64,000 nucleotides of DNA. Source: a virus. This document shows, in pieces, positions 28,181 through 35,933 of this stretch. Under the pieces are notes generated by a model, which was not told where the DNA came from, ran no database searches, and saw only the letters and a list, made by a program, of their open reading frames with translations. The number at the start of each line of letters is the position of its first letter. Within the stretch, counting starts at the first letter, position 1. The position numbers were made by a program, and so were the translations under genes. The stretch spans positions 23,305 to 87,304 of the IMG/VR virus record IMGVR_UViG_3300046727_000675. One strand, written 5' to 3'.

Positions 28181-29269
28181 GTGCTGATCGACCATGTCGT
28201 CCATGGGTACCACGAGTCGGCGCAGGGTTGCCATGACATTGCGCTCACCGAGCCTGACCCGAAAAAGCGCGTCGACCTCGAGCTCCATGCGGAGTATGAG
28301 CAGAAGGTCGCACGGGAGATCAACGTCAGTGTCCGCTACTGGCTTGACGTGCGCGAGCTCGAGCGCCTAAAGGGCGCGCGCTTCAAGGGCCTGGCGTTCC
28401 CGCCGGTCATTCACGACGGAATCTTCATCGAGTTCAACGGACGGCTGACGTTCGGCTTCCGTCCATGGGCGCGTCCCGACGTGTTGATCGCCGACAGCAA
28501 GACTAAGGTGCGGGCGCCGCTTCAGGAGATCGCGCCGCGCGCGTTCACGAATGACCTGCCGACGACCGAGTACCGCGGTGTCTACATCCGCCGGTATGTT
28601 CCGCCGCACCACTACGTAGACTGGCCTGAGGAGCCCGTGGTGCGCGTCACCTGGTTCGAGACGCCGCGTTCGGTGCTCGACCGGCAAACAGGCAAAACCT
28701 ACCCGTGTCTCGACAACTACTCGGCGTCGTTCACCCAATCTTCTTGGCCGAACCGTTTTGACCCTTACAAGATTCTCGACAACGACGAACTTGTCCATTC
28801 CGGCGAGCGCGAGCACGGCGAGCGCCTGTTCCGCACCGCGGTGAACCTGCTCTACTTCCTCGCCGCGGAGAACGTCGTGCGCGTGCGCATCCGGCCGGAG
28901 ATGCGCCGCGGCCCGCGCGCCCGCGAGCTGAAGGGGCTCCCGAAGTCCGACCGGCCGTACTACGTCACGCCGTTCCAGCTGCCGCGCTACAAATACTTGC
29001 ACCGGTCGGCGCCGACCGGCGCGCGCGTCAGCGTGTGCTTCGACGTACGCGGGTTCTTCCGCACGCTGACGAACGACCGCTACGGGAAGAACGAGGACGG
29101 CACGTGCCGCGTCATCTGGGTCGCGCCGCACCGGCGCGGGCTCGGGAACCCGTACCGGCCGCAGGTGCGCCGCGGCGCGATCGACTCGCTGTTCCTGGAC
29201 TACGACAAGTTCATCGCCGGCGAGGAGCGCCGCGCGCGGGAGGGGGCGAGGCGTGCGAAGCCGAATTGA
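28181..29269 (+). CDS. Hypothetical phage protein
   Basis: Long coding-like ORF with C-terminal VRGFFR...IWVAPHRRG motif. Confidence 0.65.
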   Translation: MLIDHVVHGYHESAQGCHDIALTEPDPKKRVDLELHAEYEQKVAREINVSVRYWLDVRELERLKGARFKGLAFPPVIHDGIFIEFNGRLTFGFRPWARPDVLIADSKTKVRAPLQEIAPRAFTNDLPTTEYRGVYIRRYVPPHHYVDWPEEPVVRVTWFETPRSVLDRQTGKTYPCLDNYSASFTQSSWPNRFDPYKILDNDELVHSGEREHGERLFRTAVNLLYFLAAENVVRVRIRPEMRRGPRARELKGLPKSDRPYYVTPFQLPRYKYLHRSAPTGARVSVCFDVRGFFRTLTNDRYGKNEDGTCRVIWVAPHRRGLGNPYRPQVRRGAIDSLFLDYDKFIAGEERRAREGARRAKPN

Positions 29270-29540
29270 AGAGCCGCGGCCGTGCGCGGCAACCGTGTAC
29301 CACGGCGGCTTCCACCGGACTCATTGCCGGAACGACGCACGACCCGGGATCGTGTTCTGCGCCGTCCACGACCCGAAGAACATGAAACTCCGCCGCGATC
29401 GCAGCGAACAATTATGGGAGAATAAGCACCGCGCATTCCAGGCGCCATGGCTCGCGCTCGAGAAAGCGCGGCGGCGCATCAGGCGGCTCGAGCGCCTGGT
29501 CCGCCGGCTCGGCGGCCAGGTGCCGCCGGAGCGGAAATAA
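29253..29540 (+). CDS. Small Zn-finger-like protein
   Basis: C...HC...FCAVH followed by a basic helix. Confidence 0.5.
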   Translation: MRSRIEEPRPCAATVYHGGFHRTHCRNDARPGIVFCAVHDPKNMKLRRDRSEQLWENKHRAFQAPWLALEKARRRIRRLERLVRRLGGQVPPERK

Positions 29541-29543
29541 CAG

Positions 29544-29572
29544 TTTACAAGATCCGCCGATTGTTGTATACT
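29544..29572 (+). promoter_or_regulatory. Promoter P2 TTTACA-N17-TATACT
   Basis: Near-consensus; flanks resemble P1; upstream of the DNA-modification operon. Confidence 0.85.
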
Positions 29573-29631
29573 GACCCCAGTCCGGCGGGGCCCGAGGGCC
29601 CGGCGCCAGGGGACGAACAGGAGGAAAGACG

Positions 29632-30093
29632 ATGAACAGAAACACGGTGTACGTCGAGCTCGACTTTGCCGATGCTGACGACGCCACGCGGCCGGCGGTC
29701 GATCGTGCCATGGCGATCGCGAGGCGCGCCGCGAGGCTCGGCTGTGCGATTGTCGGCTATAATCATGAAGGACCGGGCGGCGGATGGCCGTCAGCCGCGT
29801 TCATGTGCCCGAACAGGAGCGTGGCCGATGCGTTGGTCACGCGTTTCTATGGCAACAAAGGCCGGGAGCCACTCGACTCATACATCGTCTTTGAGCCGCT
29901 TGACGCGGCGGAGGTGGCAAAGTCGCTCGACACCGCCATCGAGAACGGTTACGACGTGCTCGATGGGTGGACGGCGGCGGAGATCGCTGACGACCTCGCC
30001 TCGTACGATGCCGGCTTCGAGGGCGTGGACCCGCGAGCGATCGCGCCGCATGCGCAGTCATGGCTTGACGCGCGAAGGGCGGCGGTCCGATGA
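29632..30093 (+). CDS. Hypothetical protein
   Basis: RBS AGGAGG; first gene after P2. Confidence 0.7.
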   Translation: MNRNTVYVELDFADADDATRPAVDRAMAIARRAARLGCAIVGYNHEGPGGGWPSAAFMCPNRSVADALVTRFYGNKGREPLDSYIVFEPLDAAEVAKSLDTAIENGYDVLDGWTAAEIADDLASYDAGFEGVDPRAIAPHAQSWLDARRAAVR

Positions 30094-30740
30094 GCGTCGC
30101 TCCCTGGAAGCAGCCGGAGGAAGTCCCCATCTATATGCTGAAGGACGGGCAGCGGTTCCGCCTGAACTTCCTGGACGTGGGATCCGACCGGGTCGTGACG
30201 GGCACGCTCATCAGCGTCAACAAGTGCTCGGCGCACGTGGCGCTCGACGGGACCGGCGTCCGGTCGTTCACGGCGCACGGGGAGGACGGCGAGGAGCGCG
30301 AGGTCACGATGCCGGGGCGGGCGCACGAGACGTACTGGGCGCCGAACGCGCTGGTCGAGCCGGTGGACGAGTTTGTACCGTTGGAGCAGTTCGCAGACAA
30401 AGGAGGCCAAACAATGGCCAAGATCAAGAAGACACCGAAGGAGAAGAAGGCGAAGGAGCCGAAGCAGCTGCTGACCACGCGGTACGAGGTCACGGCGAAG
30501 TCGGCGGTGAACGCCGGGTACGCGGATCCGGAGAAGAAGACGCAGGCCGCGCTGATCTACCGCTTCGTGCGGGACGCGAAGACGCCCCCGACGTTCGCGG
30601 AGATCCTCGCCGGCATCGACAAGCGCAGCCTCAAGACGGAGTCCAAGAAGCTCGAGAACAACTTCCGCTGGTACATCAACGACCTGCGCAAGAAGGGGTT
30701 CGTCAAGTCCGTCGAGGAGCGCGAGCCCGCCGCCGCCTGA
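30090..30740 (+). CDS. Protein with Lys-rich linker and C-terminal winged-helix-like domain (internal start at 30414)
   Basis: In-frame AAGGAGG-N7-ATG at 30414; FAEILA...WYINDLRKKGFV. Confidence 0.65.
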   Translation: MSVAPWKQPEEVPIYMLKDGQRFRLNFLDVGSDRVVTGTLISVNKCSAHVALDGTGVRSFTAHGEDGEEREVTMPGRAHETYWAPNALVEPVDEFVPLEQFADKGGQTMAKIKKTPKEKKAKEPKQLLTTRYEVTAKSAVNAGYADPEKKTQAALIYRFVRDAKTPPTFAEILAGIDKRSLKTESKKLENNFRWYINDLRKKGFVKSVEEREPAAA

Positions 30741-30804
30741 GCAGGATCGCGGCCCGCGGCAGGCTCCTTTATGAGGGGGGCCTGACGAGGCCCACGATCC
30801 GACT

Positions 30805-31674
30805 ATGACCGGACACACCGCCGTCCCCGCGCCCGACCGCCGCGCGCTCGCGTCGTTCTGGGCGTTCGCGCTCGAGCGGCAGGCCGTCTGGCAGCGCCGC
30901 GCCCGCGGCCTGCCGCCGCCCTGGACCGACGACCCGGTCCTGCGCGCGCACAGGTTCACCAACATCTACCGGGAGCTCGACCGCGGCACGATCGCCGCGC
31001 ACCGCTACTACGCCGCCGAGGCGCGCCGGGGGAGCCCGCGCGACCTCGCGTGGCGCGCCGTGTGCTTCCGGCTGTTCAACCGCGCCGCGACGCTCCAGGA
31101 GGTCGACTTCCCGTCGTGCGCCGCGTGGCCGCGGATGCGCCGCGGCGCGCTCGACGCGCTGCGGGCCAGGTCCGCCGCCGGCCGGCCGCTGTACACGGGC
31201 GCCCACCAGGTGCGCGCGTGCACCGTGGACTGGGCCGGCGAGCTGCTCGACTCGGCGCACGCGTTCCTGCAGGGATGGGACTTCCGCGAGCGCGGCGCCG
31301 CCGCGTTCTACGCGGGCCTCAAGGAGGTCCGCTTCATGGGCGAGTTCCTCGGCCACCAGGTGTGCCGCGACCTCGCCGAGGAGGGCGCGCTCTCCGGCGG
31401 CCGCGACTGGTGCGTGGTCGGCCCCGGCGCGAGGGCCGGCCTGCGCCTGCTGTACGGCGCCGGCCTGCCGCGCGCCGCCGAGCCCGCCGCGATCGCGGCG
31501 CTGCTCGAGACGCAGTCGGTCCGCGCGCTCGTCGCCGCCGGAGGCCGCCGCATGCGGGCGCCGGAGGCGGAGCACGCGCTCTGCGAGTTCTTCAAGTACG
31601 ACCGGATCCGGAGCAGCGCCGGCTTCGCGCGCACCAAGGGCGGCCCGTTCCGCCCGAGCGAGGAGCCGCTGTGA
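30805..31674 (+). CDS. aGPT-Pplase1-like base-hypermodification protein
   Basis: ERQAVW.RR..G.PPPWTDDPVL...RFTNIYRELDRGT, G.FLGHQV..DL, GPGA..GL and EHALCEFFKY are recalled as the alpha-glutamyl/putrescinyl-thymine pyrophosphorylase clade 1 signature. Confidence 0.8.
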   Translation: MTGHTAVPAPDRRALASFWAFALERQAVWQRRARGLPPPWTDDPVLRAHRFTNIYRELDRGTIAAHRYYAAEARRGSPRDLAWRAVCFRLFNRAATLQEVDFPSCAAWPRMRRGALDALRARSAAGRPLYTGAHQVRACTVDWAGELLDSAHAFLQGWDFRERGAAAFYAGLKEVRFMGEFLGHQVCRDLAEEGALSGGRDWCVVGPGARAGLRLLYGAGLPRAAEPAAIAALLETQSVRALVAAGGRRMRAPEAEHALCEFFKYDRIRSSAGFARTKGGPFRPSEEPL

Positions 31675-33149
31675 GGGTCATCGCCATCAACAGCTACGCC
31701 GGATCGCTGCTGATCGCGGCGCGCATGGCCGGCGCCGAGGTCCTGTGGTCGCTCGAGGACCACGGCTACGCGAGGGAGACGCAGCGCGCCAACTTCCCGG
31801 GCGTGCCGTACCGGGCGGAGCCGCCCTGGCCCGACGAGGACCTGGCCGACGTCCCGGTCATCGCGCACCCGCCGTGCGCCGCGTTCTCCGTGCAGAACAC
31901 CGGCGCGCGCCAGGCCGCGTCCCGCGGCGTCGAGGGCGGCCACTTCAAGAGCACGAAGGCCGTCGTCGACTACGCGGTCGGCCGCGGCTCGCCGGCCGTG
32001 ATGATCGAGTCGGTGCCCGGCGCCTACGAGGGCACGCGCGGGTTCTACGACGGCATCGCGGCGGCGTCCGGGTACGGCGTCTACAGGATCCTGCAGAACG
32101 CCGCTGCGTTCGGCGTCCCGCAGTGGCGGCCGCGGTTCTGGTGCGTGCTGCTGCGCCCGGACCTCGCGGCGCGGCCGTTCGTCGTGCACCACCGGCCGGA
32201 GATGCGCACCGTCGCCGAGATACTCGAAGGCATCGATCCCGATGGCCCGGCCGTGAAGGCCGTCGTGCACGACTTCGACCGCACGGTCCGATCGCTTCGC
32301 GCCGCCGGCATCGCCGATGACGAGGCGGCCGCGCTGCTGCGCGGCGAGCACGGATATGGCCACCTGCACCGCGGCCTGCGAGCCGGCTTCGGCGTAAAGC
32401 TCACGACCGAGAACCGCACCGCGACGCTAAAGAAGTACGTGGGCATCAGCTTCAACTCCCAGATACCGCACATCCTGGACCCGACCGGCTCCTGCGCGAC
32501 GCTCATCAGGACGAGCATCTGGATACACAACGAGCGGCCGCTGCCGGCCGCCGGCTACTGCCGTCTGATGGGCTACCCCGACGGCTACGTCTTCAGGCCG
32601 GAGTCGGAGCGCCTCGCGCTCCTGTCCCGCGGCGTCGTGCCGGCGGTCGCGGCATGGCTGCTCGACACGGTCCGCCGCCACCTCGAGGACCGGCCGCCGG
32701 ACTCCGTCGAATACGGCGACTTCCTGTTCAACATGAAGCCGGGAGACACGGCGAACATGCTCATCACCGACGACGAGTTCCGGCAGACGAAACTGGACAT
32801 GGAGTCGCGCGACTCGCACGAGGATACGGCGAAGCGAGAACGATCGCCGCGCGCCGCGAGGCAGGCCGCGGCGCCGCGCGAGCCGCGCATCGGCGCCAGG
32901 TGGCGGCTCGCGAAGATCCCGGCGGCTCGCATGGAGTACGTGCGGAAGCTTATGTCGAGGGACTGCCGCACGCACAACGCGGCAGTGGCGAAGGCGCTCT
33001 CCGGCGAGCGCGGCGGGATCGCGTTCGACGAGATCATGGCCCGCGCAAGGGCCGACGGCTGGGAGACGACCAGCCCGAACCCGAGGGGCATCCTCAAGTG
33101 GCACCTGGACCTGCTGCGTAAGATGGGGATCGTGGAGGAGGCGAAGTGA
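31671..33149 (+). CDS. Divergent DNA (cytosine-5) methyltransferase with C-terminal wHTH
   Basis: Motif IV HPPCAAFS, motif VI variant IESVP, motif VIII GVPQWRPRFW, motifs IX-X RLMGYPD...SRGVVPAVA. Motif I is atypical (SYAG). Confidence 0.8.
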   Translation: MRVIAINSYAGSLLIAARMAGAEVLWSLEDHGYARETQRANFPGVPYRAEPPWPDEDLADVPVIAHPPCAAFSVQNTGARQAASRGVEGGHFKSTKAVVDYAVGRGSPAVMIESVPGAYEGTRGFYDGIAAASGYGVYRILQNAAAFGVPQWRPRFWCVLLRPDLAARPFVVHHRPEMRTVAEILEGIDPDGPAVKAVVHDFDRTVRSLRAAGIADDEAAALLRGEHGYGHLHRGLRAGFGVKLTTENRTATLKKYVGISFNSQIPHILDPTGSCATLIRTSIWIHNERPLPAAGYCRLMGYPDGYVFRPESERLALLSRGVVPAVAAWLLDTVRRHLEDRPPDSVEYGDFLFNMKPGDTANMLITDDEFRQTKLDMESRDSHEDTAKRERSPRAARQAAAPREPRIGARWRLAKIPAARMEYVRKLMSRDCRTHNAAVAKALSGERGGIAFDEIMARARADGWETTSPNPRGILKWHLDLLRKMGIVEEAK

Positions 33150-33496
33150 CGCGGTCCGAGATCATGTCGCGGATCCGGTCGGTCAGCGCGCTCGAGGCCG
33201 AGGCCCGGCCGATCGCGTCCCGCCGCGCGGGCTGCCGGCTGCGGCACCAGCCGAAGGGGATCCACGGCCGCCCGGACTACGCGAACAAGGCGAGGCTCAC
33301 CGCGGTGTTCGTCCACGGCTGCTGGTGGCACCGCTGCCCCGCGCACTTCAAGGCGCCGAAAACAAACAGGAAATTCTGGGCAAGGAAGTTCGCGCGGAAC
33401 GTCGCGCGGCACCGCGAGGTGTCCCGCGCGCTGCGGCGCCGCGGGTGGCGCGTCTTGACGATATGGGAGCACGAGGTAAGGGGGAGGAAGCCGTGA
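33146..33496 (+). CDS. vsr: Very-short-patch repair endonuclease
   Basis: MSRIRS, GRPD, VFVHGCWWH, PKTNRKFW..K...N and GWRVLTIWEHE; follows the C5-MTase. Confidence 0.9.
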   Translation: MTRSEIMSRIRSVSALEAEARPIASRRAGCRLRHQPKGIHGRPDYANKARLTAVFVHGCWWHRCPAHFKAPKTNRKFWARKFARNVARHREVSRALRRRGWRVLTIWEHEVRGRKP

Positions 33497-34413
33497 AGAC
33501 GATCGTACTCGAGGGGCCCGACGGGAGTGGCAAGACGACGCTCGCGGCCGCGCTCGAGAGGCTCGGCTACGCCCGCGCGCACCGCGGGGTCCCGAAGCCG
33601 GGCCTGACCCCGGAGGGGATGATGTGGACGTACCTCGCGCCGCTGCTGCCGGCGCGGGGGAGCGACGGCCTGCGGGTGTTCGACCGCCTGCACCTCGGAG
33701 AGACCGTGTACGGCCCCGTCATGCGCGGCGGCTCGCAGCTCACGGAGCTGGGCGCGGCGCTCATCGACTCGTACGTCGAGGCGATCGACGGGCAGGTCGT
33801 CGTGTGCCTGCCGCCGTGGCGGTTCGTGCTCGCGAACTGGCTGCGCACCAAGAAGGACCAGTACGTGCGGACGCCGCGGCAGCTGCTGCGGATATACCAG
33901 GGCTACCAGCGGCTGCTGTTCGGCGCGAAAAAGAACCGCGACTACCTCCACTTCGACTACACGCGGCACGGGGCGGCGACGGTCGCGGCCGCGCTGCGGG
34001 CGCTCTCCGGGTTCCCGCTGCCCGCGGACTGCGCCGGCTCGCAGCGGCCGCGGTTCGTCTTCGTCGGGGACCGCGCCGGGCGCGACGGACCCGACCTCCC
34101 GTTCATGTCGTGCGACGGGCCGGCCGGCTGGCTCCACGGGTGCCTCGCCGACGCCGGCTACCAGTGGCACGAGACCGCGTTCGCCAACGCGCTCGACCCC
34201 GGCGGGCTCCCGCACAACCTGTCGCAGCTCGCGACGCGGTTTCCGGCGCGGCCGAGGTTCGTGGCGCTCGGCGCCGAGGCCGACCGCGGGCTGAACGCGG
34301 CGCTGATCGAGCACCACGCGCTGGGGCACCCGCGGGACGCGGCCGGGAGCAGGGGACGCGCGCGGTACGTGCGCGCGCTGGCGGACATCCGCCGGGGGAC
34401 GAGGACGCGATGA
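33493..34413 (+). CDS. dNMP-kinase-like P-loop protein fused to a uracil-DNA-glycosylase-like domain
   Basis: LEGPDGSGKTT and FDRLHLGETVYG in the N-terminal half. FVGDRAG...PF, N, VALG..A and HP in the C-terminal half (UDG-like pattern, less certain). Confidence 0.72.
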   Translation: MKTIVLEGPDGSGKTTLAAALERLGYARAHRGVPKPGLTPEGMMWTYLAPLLPARGSDGLRVFDRLHLGETVYGPVMRGGSQLTELGAALIDSYVEAIDGQVVVCLPPWRFVLANWLRTKKDQYVRTPRQLLRIYQGYQRLLFGAKKNRDYLHFDYTRHGAATVAAALRALSGFPLPADCAGSQRPRFVFVGDRAGRDGPDLPFMSCDGPAGWLHGCLADAGYQWHETAFANALDPGGLPHNLSQLATRFPARPRFVALGAEADRGLNAALIEHHALGHPRDAAGSRGRARYVRALADIRRGTRTR

Positions 34414-34610
34414 TGGAAAAATACGGAAACATAGTGGTGATGGCGCCGTTCATTTTATTTTGGCTTTGTATGATGTTTGAGCGTCTTCCCGCGCGCTGTT
34501 GCTACTGCCGGCGGTGGAGTTGGATGTTCAAGATGCAGGACGTAGTATTTTCAGGAAACGGACCTGAGTCTTGCGAGGCGGGACGTTGCCATCCTGGATG
34601 CGCGCGATGA
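34410..34610 (+). CDS. Small Cys-rich membrane protein (AT-richer insert)
   Basis: ATGA overlaps at both ends; N-terminal hydrophobic helix; CCYC...C...CH..C. Confidence 0.55.
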   Translation: MMEKYGNIVVMAPFILFWLCMMFERLPARCCYCRRWSWMFKMQDVVFSGNGPESCEAGRCHPGCAR

Positions 34611-35482
34611 TCATCCGGGGCGGGGACGTCTACGAGGCGTGGCGGCAGCTGCTGTGGCAGCTCACGGTGAACGGCCGCGAGGTGTCGCCGCGCGGGCTCG
34701 CGACCAAGGAGATTCTCGGGGTGCAGCTCCGCATCGACGACGCCTACCACAACATCATCGCCGACCCGGTTCGGAGGCTCAACTTCCGCTTCCTCGTGGC
34801 CGAGATGATCTGGATGGCGGCGGGGCTCGACGACCTCGCGCCGCTGACGCGCTACAACAGGGAGATGGCGAAGTTCTCGGACGACGGCGCGAGGCTCGCC
34901 GGCGCCTACGGGCCGCGGCTCGCGCAGCAGTGGACCTACGTCGTCGACACGCTGCTGTACGACGCAAGCTCGCGCGGCGCGGTGAGCGGAATCTGGCGCT
35001 GGCCGCAGGGGCGGTCGAAGGACGTCCCGTGCACGCTTTCCATGCAGTGGCTCATCCGCGCCGGGCTCCTCGAGACGATCGTGACGATGCGCAGCTCCGA
35101 CGCCTGGCTCGGGATCCCGTACGACGTGGCCTCGTTCACCTTCCTCTCGAACCTGCTCTGCTGCTCGCTGAACGAGACGCGCCCCGAGCTGAACCTGCGG
35201 CTGGGCGGCCTCATCATGAACCTCGGCTCGTCGCACCTCTACGGGCCGAACTGGGAGGCCGCGTACAAGATCGCGGACCTGGGGCTCGGCCGCTCCGTCA
35301 AGAGCCCCCCGATCATCGAGTCGGCGCCGCTCGCGGCCGTCGCGCAGAGCCTGGTGAACGACGCCGATCCCGCGTGGGACCTGCTGGAGGGCCCGTGGCT
35401 GTCGTGGGCGCGCTGCCTGCGGGCCGGCACCAGCGAGAAGGCGCGGGTCATCCTCGAGGAGCTGGAGGACGGCCGTGCGTGA
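34607..35482 (+). CDS. Thymidylate-synthase-family enzyme, probable dCMP (hydroxy)methylase
   Basis: GAYGPRL, SR.AV, catalytic DVPC, MRSSDAWLGIPYD and SSHLY. Asp sits where dUMP-specific ThyA has Asn (PFN). Confidence 0.8.
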   Translation: MIIRGGDVYEAWRQLLWQLTVNGREVSPRGLATKEILGVQLRIDDAYHNIIADPVRRLNFRFLVAEMIWMAAGLDDLAPLTRYNREMAKFSDDGARLAGAYGPRLAQQWTYVVDTLLYDASSRGAVSGIWRWPQGRSKDVPCTLSMQWLIRAGLLETIVTMRSSDAWLGIPYDVASFTFLSNLLCCSLNETRPELNLRLGGLIMNLGSSHLYGPNWEAAYKIADLGLGRSVKSPPIIESAPLAAVAQSLVNDADPAWDLLEGPWLSWARCLRAGTSEKARVILEELEDGRA

Positions 35483-35933
35483 GAGCCGCGAGGCGTACTT
35501 CGTCAAGATGCTGGGGCTCGTCGCCGCGCGCTCGACCTGCGCGCGGCGCGCGGTCGGGGCGATCATCACCGACGTCCAGGGCCACGTGCTGTCGATGGGC
35601 TACAACGGCGTGCCGTCCGGGGTCGCTCACTGCGTGGCCGGCGAGCGCACGTGCGACGGCTTCCAGGACCCGAAGGGCGACGTCCGGCGGTGCCTCGCGG
35701 TGCACGCCGAGCAGAACGCGCTGCTGCAGTGCTCGCGGCTGGACCTGGCGCACACGGTCTACGTCAGCTGCACGCCGTGCTTCGCGTGCGCGAAGATGAT
35801 CCTGAACACGCCGATCGCGCGCGTCGTCGCCGTCGCGCCGTACGTCGGCGACGACCTCGGGCAGGAGCTGCTGGTGAGACGGGAGAGGCTTTTCTACTAT
35901 GACGCAGACGCAGACCTCGCTGTCCTTTACTGA
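35475..35933 (+). CDS. dCMP deaminase
   Basis: RSTC.RRAVGA, GYNG, HAEQNA and PCFACAK zinc motifs. Confidence 0.92.
   Translation: MRESREAYFVKMLGLVAARSTCARRAVGAIITDVQGHVLSMGYNGVPSGVAHCVAGERTCDGFQDPKGDVRRCLAVHAEQNALLQCSRLDLAHTVYVSCTPCFACAKMILNTPIARVVAVAPYVGDDLGQELLVRRERLFYYDADADLAVLY

Noticed and set aside
34607-35482. Annotation as ordinary thyA
   Set aside because: Asp replaces the dUMP-specifying Asn and a separate thyX is present, so the gene symbol is withheld.
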